A stretch of 64,000 nt of DNA. Source: an uncultured virus (IMG/VR IMGVR_UViG_2687453420_000003). Taxonomy: Duplodnaviria; Heunggongvirae; Uroviricota; Caudoviricetes. The stretch lies in IMG/VR virus record IMGVR_UViG_2687453420_000003. One strand, written 5' to 3'. Numbering within the stretch: position 1 is the stretch's first letter; each line of letters starts with the position of its first letter. Both the position numbers and the translations under genes were made by a program. Below the pieces are notes generated by a model, which had not been told where the DNA came from, made no database searches, and saw only the letters and a program-made list of their open reading frames with translations. Of this stretch, positions 1 to 8,628 are shown one piece after another.

Positions 1-927
1 TCATAAGAATCTAAAAATATTAGTTACTGCTTTAAATAATTTAGGTTCATACTTATATATTACTTTCAATTCTTTTTCAAAATCTTGATTAAAAGGGCAT
101 CCAGCACAACCAGTCCTTTTTAGTCCATATTCTCTATAACATTTACTATGAACAACTCTAAAATGTTCTTCATATATTTTCTTTGTGCTATCTTTATACC
201 AGAAAATTGGTCTATATTCATCAATGGCTCCACTCTCCGCATTATTAGTAAAACAATTTTTATATGCAGTAGATCTTGCGCCCCCTTCTGCTTTTCTAAC
301 TCCATAACAATTTAAATCAAAATCATTATCTTTTATAAATTCATGAACTGGATCCTTTTTTGCATATTTACAACACTTTGGTGATATCTTAAACTTTGGT
401 GGATTAAATATTATAAATTCTTTTAATCCTTTGTTGTATCTTATATTAAATTTACTATCTTCTCCAAACTCATTACACCACCATCTCAAAGCTGCTTTGC
501 ATTTTGGATATTCTTTATAAAGTTCATGGAAATTTTTATCTTCCCATTTAAAATTATGCCTTTGTAACCTTTCAATCCATTCACTTACCTGTTTACTTAG
601 AAAAGGCTGACCATATTCTTTACAAGTAATTGGAATAGGCTTTTTTGCTCTTATCCATGCAATTTCAATATTATATTTGTCTTCTAATTCTTTTAAATGA
701 TCTTTTGTGGCCTGATATTCTAACCCAGTGTCGAAAAATACAAATTTCACTTTATCTTTATTAATCCTACAAAATAGATCCATCATAATATCGCTATCGC
801 TTCCACCAGAGATTGAGCATAATATTTTTTCATAATTTTTAATTTTATGATTGGTAACTAAAAATGAATCATATATTTCTAGGCATTTTGGAATATTACC
901 TTTTTCAAATTCTGTTGAAATATCCAA
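1..927 (-). CDS. Phosphoadenosine phosphosulfate (PAPS) reductase family protein, phage-borne; C-terminus possibly frameshifted at window edge
   Basis: SISGGSDS PP-loop, FFDTGLE, CCKYAKK, GVRKAEG and RTGCAGCP motifs. Confidence 0.8.
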   Translation of the reverse strand: MDISTEFEKGNIPKCLEIYDSFLVTNHKIKNYEKILCSISGGSDSDIMMDLFCRINKDKVKFVFFDTGLEYQATKDHLKELEDKYNIEIAWIRAKKPIPITCKEYGQPFLSKQVSEWIERLQRHNFKWEDKNFHELYKEYPKCKAALRWWCNEFGEDSKFNIRYNKGLKEFIIFNPPKFKISPKCCKYAKKDPVHEFIKDNDFDLNCYGVRKAEGGARSTAYKNCFTNNAESGAIDEYRPIFWYKDSTKKIYEEHFRVVHSKCYREYGLKRTGCAGCPFNQDFEKELKVIYKYEPKLFKAVTNIFRFL

Positions 928-961
928 TCAACCCACCTCCTTCCTTTTGTTTATCTTTTGT

Positions 962-983
962 TCGCATTAAATTCATATTGTGA
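962..983 (-). repeat. 22-bp cassette-boundary site (tcacaat-atgaattt-aatgcga)
   Basis: Inverted 7-bp arms around an 8-bp core, directly after the TAG of ORF 984-1187; similar to sites at 58014-60664. Confidence 0.7.
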
Positions 984-1187
984 CTATTTAATTTTATTAT
1001 TTTTCTCATATTCTCCTAAAAACTTATAGAAACACTCTCCACAATTGTCCATACCTGTTGAGCAACCACCATTAGGACAATTACTACCTATAAGGGTTAC
1101 AAATCTTATAAAATTATCTTTTCCCATAAATGCACACATTTGATATAAAAATTCTTCATCTTTCATATGTTCAAAAGGATTTTTCAT
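984..1187 (-). CDS. Small Cys-containing hypothetical phage protein
   Basis: 67-aa ORF with aaaggggaat RBS. Confidence 0.7.
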   Translation of the reverse strand: MKNPFEHMKDEEFLYQMCAFMGKDNFIRFVTLIGSNCPNGGCSTGMDNCGECFYKFLGEYEKNNKIK

Positions 1188-1197
1188 TTTATTCCCC

Positions 1198-1219
1198 TTT
1201 CTATTAATTCAAATTACGT
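1198..1219 (-). repeat. Degenerate cassette-boundary site (acgTAAt-ttgaatta-atagaaa) overlapping stop codon of 1214-1561
   Basis: Left arm and core match cgtaatttgaa of the site at 60643-60664. Confidence 0.55.
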
Positions 1220-1561
1220 ATTTTTAAGTTCTACACGCTCCCATGTAAGAAAGCTTCTATATGCTTCAAGTTCTAATCTCAAATTTCTCATAGCTTCTAT
1301 ACATACGCTATAGTTAGTTTCTGCTATATCTCTATTTAATCTTAATTTTGCAATTTCTTCTTTTCCTTTAGCTAAGTCATTTATTAGTGTTGCTGGCTGT
1401 TTCTCTAACTGTCTTAATCTTAACATCTCTTTTCTAAGAGCTACTTTGTAGTCATGTTCCGCTCTAGCTTTCTTTACTCCTAGAGTTTTTAGTTCTGTAT
1501 TACCTCTAGTTAATGCTTGCTGACATACTCCTATCTTTTTCATTATTTCAACTGGTGTCAT
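1214..1561 (-). CDS. Hypothetical coiled-coil phage protein
   Basis: 115-aa ORF with aggagg RBS. Confidence 0.75.
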   Translation of the reverse strand: MTPVEIMKKIGVCQQALTRGNTELKTLGVKKARAEHDYKVALRKEMLRLRQLEKQPATLINDLAKGKEEIAKLRLNRDIAETNYSVCIEAMRNLRLELEAYRSFLTWERVELKNT

Positions 1562-1585
1562 ATTATCCTCCTTATAATCAATGTG

Positions 1586-1987
1586 CTAAACTTCTTCTAA
1601 AACAAGCTCTACTCTTGATTCTTCTCCATACCATTTTTCAATCCAGCAATCTACTATTTGTTTATCATCATCATAAGCAATAGCATTTAAGCTATCTAAG
1701 ATTATTTTGGCTATATTATCCACATCAGGTTTCTTAGTAGGTCTTATATTACCTTTTATCATTTCTTCTCTTCTCTTCTTACTAATACTTTTAGGTATTG
1801 AATAAAAAACTTTCATATCTGCTCTTATTGGGCCTTCTAATCTTTTTTTATCCTTAGTTAATAGATAACATTCTTTTATCCAATTCTCATACTCTATTGT
1901 CTTTTTAGGTGTATATGCTACACCAGTTTTAGTACTCATTCTTGGTCTAGCTTTACCTTTTGGTTCTCCTGGTATAATTATTTTCAA
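1586..1987 (-). CDS. rusA: RusA family Holliday junction resolvase
   Basis: IPGEPKGKARPR, KKPDVDN and DSLNAIAYDDDKQIV motifs. Confidence 0.9.
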   Translation of the reverse strand: MKIIIPGEPKGKARPRMSTKTGVAYTPKKTIEYENWIKECYLLTKDKKRLEGPIRADMKVFYSIPKSISKKRREEMIKGNIRPTKKPDVDNIAKIILDSLNAIAYDDDKQIVDCWIEKWYGEESRVELVLEEV

Positions 1988-2051
1988 TCTGCTTCCTCCT
2001 TTATTTATGAGACAAGCAGTAATTTGTAATTTTACTGCCTGTCCATGTTTG

Positions 2052-2762
2052 CTAAGATATTATATTAATGTTTTGTATTCCTTTTAATTCTTCTTCCAAA
2101 TATGCTTTTATTCTTCTCATGGCTTCATTTCTCCACGCTCCACCGTCTGCTTCATATAATGCTGCTTGTGGACCACTTCTCATTCTAAATATAAACTTTG
2201 ATTCTGGTTGTTGTATCTCTGGGAAAGTTCTAAACGGTGCCAATACTACTGGGTTAGGTATCTTCACTTCATTAACACTTGCTACTCCTGTTTTAATAGT
2301 TGCGGCTTGACTTACGCCATCATCTCCAATCTCTTTTACTGCACTATCTTTTACACAACCTGTTACTTTAAGTAATAATCCTCTATCTTTGTTTTCTATA
2401 AAACTACTTTGAAGCATTATATTAAATTGTTCTGTATCTATAAATCTATCAAAATAAATATTATCTGGTGTTAAAGCATCACATATCATATAAGTTTCTC
2501 TTTCTGCATCTTTTCTTAGCTCTGAATATAAGGCTACTTTATTTGGACTTATAACATGAACTAATAATTTTTCACTTGATTTTTTATCTGTTTCTGATTC
2601 TAAATAATCAATTAATGCTGTAAGTGTTCTAGTCCTCAATTCTGCTGGAATGGGATCCTGTACTTGGTTTAATCTTTTAGTTGAATATATTTGTCCATTC
2701 ACCTCAACCATTTCATTTTTTGCTAAGCCTATTAAATACTCTAAACTTTCTCTGCTAAACAT
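2052..2762 (-). CDS. Conserved hypothetical phage protein
   Basis: 236 aa; LAPFRTFPEIQQPES...ALYEADGGAW is typical of Firmicute phage early proteins. Confidence 0.75.
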   Translation of the reverse strand: MFSRESLEYLIGLAKNEMVEVNGQIYSTKRLNQVQDPIPAELRTRTLTALIDYLESETDKKSSEKLLVHVISPNKVALYSELRKDAERETYMICDALTPDNIYFDRFIDTEQFNIMLQSSFIENKDRGLLLKVTGCVKDSAVKEIGDDGVSQAATIKTGVASVNEVKIPNPVVLAPFRTFPEIQQPESKFIFRMRSGPQAALYEADGGAWRNEAMRRIKAYLEEELKGIQNINIIS

Positions 2763-2787
2763 AATTTTTATTCCTCCTAAAATTTAA

Positions 2788-3174
2788 TTATTTTATAATT
2801 TGTAATCCTTCAGTATCTTGTTTTTCCTGTTCTCCTAAAACTTCTCCAGTTTCTTTGTCAACTTTTATATAGGTTTGTCCAGGTATTTGTTTTTTAAATT
2901 CTGTAGCTAATACCTCTCCATCTAAATCTTTATCAATGATGATTTTAGTGCTAACTGATTCCTTTGGAGCTAATTTAGTTTTTGCAACTATCTCTACCTC
3001 TGTAAGTTCTCTATCTGCTCCAGTCGTAAACTTCATTTCTAAATTTAATTTTCTTTTAGTCTTCCATTCTGTGTTTGGATCCGCGATATTTTCTAACACC
3101 TCCTTTAGAGCTTGATTCATTCTCTCTGCCAATGCTCCATCAGCAAAAGTTTCTAAGTTAATCATCTTTTCCAT
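2788..3174 (-). CDS. Conserved phage protein (family often labelled replication terminator protein; function unverified)
   Basis: GALAERMNQAL..NIADPNT..KRKL motif; usually paired with the adjacent 236-aa gene. Confidence 0.6.
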   Translation of the reverse strand: MEKMINLETFADGALAERMNQALKEVLENIADPNTEWKTKRKLNLEMKFTTGADRELTEVEIVAKTKLAPKESVSTKIIIDKDLDGEVLATEFKKQIPGQTYIKVDKETGEVLGEQEKQDTEGLQIIK

Positions 3175-3271
3175 AATATTGTTCTCCCTTCTGTATTAGT
3201 GTTTTATTATACTAATACTCTATAGATATAAATATGCCCATAGTTAACCTATACCTACAATATTTAGTTAT

Positions 3272-3553
3272 CTAATCCCAATTGAATACTTGAAGTATTA
3301 TTAATTTCTTAGTTTTCCATCCTCTTTTTCTTAATTTTTTTAAATGCTTACATATCATCTTCTTTAAGCTGTATCTTTCTTCTTCTAAAGTATCTAACAT
3401 ACCTATAGCCACCTGTATAACATCTAATACTTCCTCTGCTACATGTTCTTTGTCTCCCTCTTGTATTGCTTCTAGTACTTCTTTAGTTTCCTCTACAAGC
3501 TTGTCTGCTTGTTTTTCCCATGTATCTTTTTTATCTAGTACCATTAACTGCAC
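3272..3553 (-). CDS. MazG-like nucleotide pyrophosphohydrolase
   Basis: KLVEETKEV...AEEVLDVIQ acidic helices; homologous to 60659-60937. Confidence 0.65.
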   Translation of the reverse strand: MQLMVLDKKDTWEKQADKLVEETKEVLEAIQEGDKEHVAEEVLDVIQVAIGMLDTLEEERYSLKKMICKHLKKLRKRGWKTKKLIILQVFNWD

Positions 3554-3795
3554 TATTTTTTCAACTCCTTTAAGCAGCTCTTACAAATATTTTTACCTTT
3601 AAAGTTTATAACCTCTTTAGCTTCTCCACAAAATATGCATGCTGGAGCATATTTTTTTAATATTATTTGTTCTCCTTCTGTATAAATTTCTAATGGCGTT
3701 TCATTGTCCTTAATGTCTAAAGCCTTTCTAAGCTCCTTTGGTAAAACTATTCTTCCTAATGGATCTATTTTTCTTACTATTCCTGTATTTTTCAT
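3553..3795 (-). CDS. AbrB/SpoVT family transcription regulator, phage-encoded
   Basis: MKNTGIVRKIDPLGRIVLPKELR plus C-terminal CIFCG...ICKSC. Confidence 0.92.
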   Translation of the reverse strand: MKNTGIVRKIDPLGRIVLPKELRKALDIKDNETPLEIYTEGEQIILKKYAPACIFCGEAKEVINFKGKNICKSCLKELKK

Positions 3796-3797
3796 AA

Positions 3798-4118
3798 TTA
3801 CATCTCTCCCTTATTTTTATTTGATTCATATAACATTATTTCTTTTCCTACTGCTCTTAAAGCCTTGTCTAAATCTTCAGTTATAAAATACTGCTTGGCT
3901 ACTTCATCTGCCCACAGATTAGCTCTTATCTTTAAATTTGATACTTCTTCCTGATACTTGTCCAATAACTCCAAACTTTCTAGTAATAAATCCTTATAGT
4001 CCATGCTTTTCTTTACATATTTCTTTAGAAGAAACTTTAAAATTGTATTTTCTTCTTTAAGTGTTTGTGTTTCTTCTGTTCCTTTATTCTCTATCTCTTT
4101 AACTAATACAGCTATCAT
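3798..4118 (-). CDS. Hypothetical phage protein
   Basis: 106-aa ORF, translationally coupled in the operon. Confidence 0.7.
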   Translation of the reverse strand: MIAVLVKEIENKGTEETQTLKEENTILKFLLKKYVKKSMDYKDLLLESLELLDKYQEEVSNLKIRANLWADEVAKQYFITEDLDKALRAVGKEIMLYESNKNKGEM

Positions 4119-4119
4119 T

Positions 4120-4998
4120 TTATCCCTCCATTGCTCTTAATTTTTCATATATACTAAATTCACTTTTACCAATAGTTTTAGATATTAAAGTAGGTGTATA
4201 GCCCTTATCGTAAAGTTCCTTTAATTTTACTTTTTGGTCTTTAGTCCAAAATACACCTCTTCTTTTAGGTATTGGCCTGTATGGAATCTTCAAATCATAT
4301 ATTTTTCTTTTAACTGCAGATTGACTTCTTTCTAATCTTTCAGCTATATCTGCATAAGTGAAATTATAAGTCTTTAATAAACTTATTAATTTTTCTATTT
4401 CTGAACCTGTCCAAGGCCTTTTATTTCTACTTTTGTTATTGGCTAATATGTCTATTCTTCTTTTCTCTTTAGTCCATTGTGGCTCTTTCCCTAAAATATT
4501 TTCTTCTATTCTTGAAAAATCAATTAAATTTTTATTATCTTCAGCCCACTTCCAAAAATCATATTGTGTAACATACACAATATTTTCATTTATCAAAACT
4601 TTAGTTTTTACTGGAAAACCACATTGTTCAACCCAAGTTCTCATAATACTGTGATAATGAACCCCTATAGCTTTAGATAGTTGATTAATAGTTATTCCAT
4701 CTATACTCAGCTTAGGATCACCTAACCCCATCTTGTAAGCTTTCATTCTTACTGCCCATTCACTTCTTTTTAATTTTTTAGCTATAGCTTTAACACTTTT
4801 AGCACCCCATTTTTCTTCTAAATAGATCAATTCTTCTTTTTTATAATCTCTTCTTTCTCTAGATATTAAATTATGTTTTTTTAAATGTGCATATAAAGTG
4901 CTTTCTCCGTATCCTGTTATATTTACTAATTCCTTTACAGTATATTTTTTTATCAGTTTTTCTAGTTGTTTTTTATTCAGTGTGAATTTTTTGCCCAC
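4120..4998 (-). CDS. Multi-HTH/Myb-like repeat DNA-binding protein
   Basis: Repeated W-T-x-x-E/Q helices followed by IAxxLxRSxxAV HTH motifs. Confidence 0.65.
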   Translation of the reverse strand: MGKKFTLNKKQLEKLIKKYTVKELVNITGYGESTLYAHLKKHNLISRERRDYKKEELIYLEEKWGAKSVKAIAKKLKRSEWAVRMKAYKMGLGDPKLSIDGITINQLSKAIGVHYHSIMRTWVEQCGFPVKTKVLINENIVYVTQYDFWKWAEDNKNLIDFSRIEENILGKEPQWTKEKRRIDILANNKSRNKRPWTGSEIEKLISLLKTYNFTYADIAERLERSQSAVKRKIYDLKIPYRPIPKRRGVFWTKDQKVKLKELYDKGYTPTLISKTIGKSEFSIYEKLRAMEG

Positions 4999-5009
4999 TT
5001 CTTTACCTC

Positions 5010-5243
5010 CTACTCCTGTGGCATTTGAAATACAAAGTCCCTTGTTTTTCTTTTTCCGTTTTGTATTTCATCAAACCTAGTCCCTTGCATAATTTTATCC
5101 TCCATCAGGTCTAATACTTCTAAAGCTCTTTGTTCGGTTTCATATTCTCCTAAAAAATAATGAGACCCATACACACTTGATCCATCAACCTCTATATTTT
5201 CACAATGTACTAAAACGTCTTTTCCTTTACTTCTAATCCACAT
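5010..5243 (-). CDS. Hypothetical phage protein
   Basis: MWIRS...LGEYETEQRALEVLD...FQMPQE, a common Firmicute phage family. Confidence 0.75.
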   Translation of the reverse strand: MWIRSKGKDVLVHCENIEVDGSSVYGSHYFLGEYETEQRALEVLDLMEDKIMQGTRFDEIQNGKRKTRDFVFQMPQE

Positions 5244-5262
5244 TTTTTTATCCTCCCATTCT

Positions 5263-6105
5263 TTAACTTAATAATTCTTGTAAAAAGTTTTCTGTTTTTT
5301 CCTTACCTTGAATCTTTCTTATATCTGTTCCTGTGTTCCTTATAAAACTACACATTTCAACTAATCTACTATAAGTTCTATCATCATATCTTTCTTTCAG
5401 TTCATCTATACTTATGTTAGTTGTTATAATAACTGGTAATCCTGTACTATTTCTCTTTTCAATGATTTGATATATCATAGACCTGGTCCATTTATTATCT
5501 GGTTCAGTTCCCAAATCATCTATAATTAATAAATCTGCATTTTCCAAACTATTTAGTACTGTAAATATTCCTTCATCTCCCCAATTTCTTTTACTTTCGC
5601 TTATCCTTTCAACTAAAGCTATAGCTCCTACACATATTACTGGTATTAACTTATTTAATAATTCATTTGCTATAGCTGCTGAAAAATAAGTTTTTCCGTT
5701 TCCTGGATTTCCATAAATCAACATTCCTTGATTTTCCTCTTTCATTTTCTTAAAATCATTCACATACTTATTGCCTAATCTAAACAATTTTTCATTTCCT
5801 AAGTTGTGATTCCAATTTTCAAAATTAGATTCTCTAAATTTTTTATTCATCATGCTATTTTTCAAAACTCTCTGTAATCTTATTTGCTTTTCTTTATTTC
5901 TTTCTTCTATTTCCATAGTCTTAAGCTTATCTCTTTTACATTTACATGCTCTTGGACCTAATACATAGCCAAATGCCGTTTTAACTAATGCTCCAGTAGG
6001 TTCTCCACATATCTCACAATCAGGTATTTCTTCAATCTGATCTTTACACACTAAACCCAAGTCCTTCTCTTTCGAGTTCTTTAATACTTTGCTTACTGTT
6101 TCCAC
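5263..6105 (-). CDS. DnaC/IstB-like ATPase (helicase loader)
   Basis: Walker A GNPGNGKT, Walker B LLIIDDLG, IITTN, N-terminal Zn-binding Cys. Confidence 0.9.
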   Translation of the reverse strand: METVSKVLKNSKEKDLGLVCKDQIEEIPDCEICGEPTGALVKTAFGYVLGPRACKCKRDKLKTMEIEERNKEKQIRLQRVLKNSMMNKKFRESNFENWNHNLGNEKLFRLGNKYVNDFKKMKEENQGMLIYGNPGNGKTYFSAAIANELLNKLIPVICVGAIALVERISESKRNWGDEGIFTVLNSLENADLLIIDDLGTEPDNKWTRSMIYQIIEKRNSTGLPVIITTNISIDELKERYDDRTYSRLVEMCSFIRNTGTDIRKIQGKEKTENFLQELLS

Positions 6106-6973
6106 CCTTTACTTCACCTCTTCTCCTGTTTTCTAAAACACCTTTTAAATAGTTATATGAGTGTTTACTATTTTCATCTGATATTTCTGCTGCTTTCATC
6201 ACTTCAGAATGTCCATAGATCTCTATATCAGCTGCTATCTTTTCCATTAGCATAGTTGACATTATAAAATTACATTTTTCTAAATGCTTGAATACATCTA
6301 TATTACTTTTACCACTATAACTACTTTTCTTTGTACTTGTATTTGTAGTTGTATTGTCCCCCTGTCGTGGTACGACACGTTCACGATTCGTTACCGTATC
6401 GTTGAAACCCTGATATATCCTCAAAATTTGCTTTTCTCCATTTGTACTTGCTTTGGTATCGTCCACCTGTCGTGGTACGATACGTCCACGACTCGTTACC
6501 GTATCGTTCTCCTTTCGTGGCACGTCACGTTCATGACTCTTTACCATATCAATAAAGCTTTGATATAACTGTCTTAAATCTTCACTTTTTACATTTTCAC
6601 CAACATATTTTATAAGTGACTTGTCTTTAACTTCTTTTAGTTCTTTGGTCAAGCAGTCCAAGACTGGCTTGCCACCCTTATTTAAGTTGTACTTGCCCCA
6701 ATTTTTTATGGCAAGCTCTCTAGTTTCTGTGTTGTACATGATTAACTTATGGTGATTAGTAAATCTATCCATTAAGCTATTTATTGATTCTGTTGAATGT
6801 CCAATCTCAAAAGCCATTTGTTTTCTCGTTATTTGATATATTCCACAATTTGTAGTACATGGATTAGTCAATAAATATAAGTAAAAGTATCTATCTTCTG
6901 GTGTCATTTCTTCCAATACTTTAGGATCTGTCCAAAATTCTGTATAAACCAGTCTATAAGCCATACATATCAA
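6044..6973 (-). CDS. Phage replication initiator with DnaD-like C-terminus
   Basis: FWTDPKV..TPEDRYFYLYLLTNP N-terminus, YNYLKGVLEN C-terminus, internal repeats, upstream of loader. Confidence 0.85.
   Translation of the reverse strand: MICMAYRLVYTEFWTDPKVLEEMTPEDRYFYLYLLTNPCTTNCGIYQITRKQMAFEIGHSTESINSLMDRFTNHHKLIMYNTETRELAIKNWGKYNLNKGGKPVLDCLTKELKEVKDKSLIKYVGENVKSEDLRQLYQSFIDMVKSHERDVPRKENDTVTSRGRIVPRQVDDTKASTNGEKQILRIYQGFNDTVTNRERVVPRQGDNTTTNTSTKKSSYSGKSNIDVFKHLEKCNFIMSTMLMEKIAADIEIYGHSEVMKAAEISDENSKHSYNYLKGVLENRRRGEVKGGNSKQSIKELEREGLGFSV
6361..6550. repeat. Iteron-like direct repeats; probable phage replication origin
   Basis: 43-bp unit at 6361-6403 and 6466-6508 (3 mismatches), degenerate third copy 6511-6550. 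Confidence 0.8.
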
Positions 6974-6997
6974 TCCTTTCTTTTGTTACATTTTTAA

Positions 6998-7237
6998 TTA
7001 CTTATACATAAAGTAAGACATTGCTATAAAACTCCCAAATATTATTAATACTATTATTGCTAAAACCAAGTTAGCTAATAATCTATATCTATACTCTTTA
7101 CTTACTGCCTTCTTTGCTATTTTTAAAGCTTTTATGTCATCTTCCCATATTGAGTTATAATCACCATCACTTGTTATTAAGCTTTTGCTATTATCTATCA
7201 AACTGTCTAATTGCCATAAAACTTCTCTTCTTTTCAT
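6998..7237 (-). CDS. Hypothetical protein with C-terminal TM helix
   Basis: Likely start MKRREVLW inside ORF 6998-7324; hydrophobic C-terminus. Confidence 0.6.
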   Translation of the reverse strand: MKRREVLWQLDSLIDNSKSLITSDGDYNSIWEDDIKALKIAKKAVSKEYRYRLLANLVLAIIVLIIFGSFIAMSYFMYK

Positions 7238-7731
7238 TTTTCCCATCCCCCATGTATATTTTTCTACTTTTGTCCATATACTATATTGAGAAACCATTGA
7301 TATGTGTGTTATACTAAGGGACAAGAGCTTTGTAGAGCTCTTATCCAGCTTTTAAATCAATCAATTTCCAATAGGTGCTTTGTAGAGCACCTATTTGCTT
7401 TTATCTTCTATAGTTTCAAATACCACTTCATCACTATCGCTGTCATATTTTACACCACTTATAAAATATTCTGGATTATCAGCATCATATATTGCATATC
7501 CATTTTTATTTAGTACAGCTAGTTGTGCATTTATACTTTGTATTAAAGTTTTAAAAGAATTATCCACGCTCTCACCCCCTTCCTAAAATGGAACTACTAA
7601 GTCATAATTTTCTATCTCGTCTAAAAGTTTTTCTGTTTCCTTTTTTATATCATCCACCCTCCCTTCCTCTGCATATTTACGAATCCAGTTTAGTCTATAA
7701 ATTAAAGCTTCTTTATTCTTCTTATCCATAA

Positions 7732-8616
7732 TTAATTCTCCTGGTCTTGTAGAAAAGGTGCTACATCTTCACTATCTTTATTGACTTTTATTATGTCCTC
7801 TTCGGTATCTATGTTATTAACCTCTACTGTATCTACATCTACATAATTAAAATTATTTAGTTTTTCTTCTTTGGCCTCTGCTTTATAATCCATATCTAAT
7901 GCTTTAGCCATTTCTACACTCTTAGGTGCATACTTAAGAACATCTAATAGTACTGTTTTCTTGGCCATGCTATCAAAGTTTTTAGCCCATACTGAATTTT
8001 TATTAACATTACCCTTGTAAGTGTAATTTTTTGAAAATTCTCTTGCATGATGTTCTACTCTTTCTCTGGACCATACTACAAAGTCAAATCCACCATTTTT
8101 AAGTTTATATACAGCATAGTAGTGAGTAACTTCATCACTAGGAATATCTGCAGGTTTATGCACCAAAGTTTTGTGTAATCCATATTCATACTCGAATTCA
8201 TCACCTTTTCTAACTTCATGAGCATATATAGCTTCATATTCTCCAGTATTGAAAGCCATTTTTAAAATACCTTTGTATCCAACTTGAAAATTAACTTCTG
8301 TTATGCCTTGCTTATTGTTTTTATATGGTATTACATAAGCCTCTCCCAAAACTGTATTAGGTTCTAAGCCACATTGTGCACTTTGCATTAATGCACTTAG
8401 AAAACTTGTAGTATCTGCTTCCCAAAATTGGGGATTTCCATTAAATAAACTTAATGCTATCCTTGAAAATCTTTCCGGTGTCATTGTTTTACCTACTGCT
8501 TTTTTAATCTCTGGTAACATTTTTTCTAATGCATTTTGCATTTTCTTTTGTGGTGTTAATTGAATATTTTGTGTTGCTTGTTTATTAGCAACTAGACCTC
8601 CATTTACATTAGCCAT
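7732..8616 (-). CDS. recT: RecT family single-strand annealing protein
   Basis: GLEPN..LGEAYVIPY, FQVGYKG, FDSMAKKTV. Confidence 0.92.
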   Translation of the reverse strand: MANVNGGLVANKQATQNIQLTPQKKMQNALEKMLPEIKKAVGKTMTPERFSRIALSLFNGNPQFWEADTTSFLSALMQSAQCGLEPNTVLGEAYVIPYKNNKQGITEVNFQVGYKGILKMAFNTGEYEAIYAHEVRKGDEFEYEYGLHKTLVHKPADIPSDEVTHYYAVYKLKNGGFDFVVWSRERVEHHAREFSKNYTYKGNVNKNSVWAKNFDSMAKKTVLLDVLKYAPKSVEMAKALDMDYKAEAKEEKLNNFNYVDVDTVEVNNIDTEEDIIKVNKDSEDVAPFLQDQEN

Positions 8617-8628
8617 TATTATTCCTCC

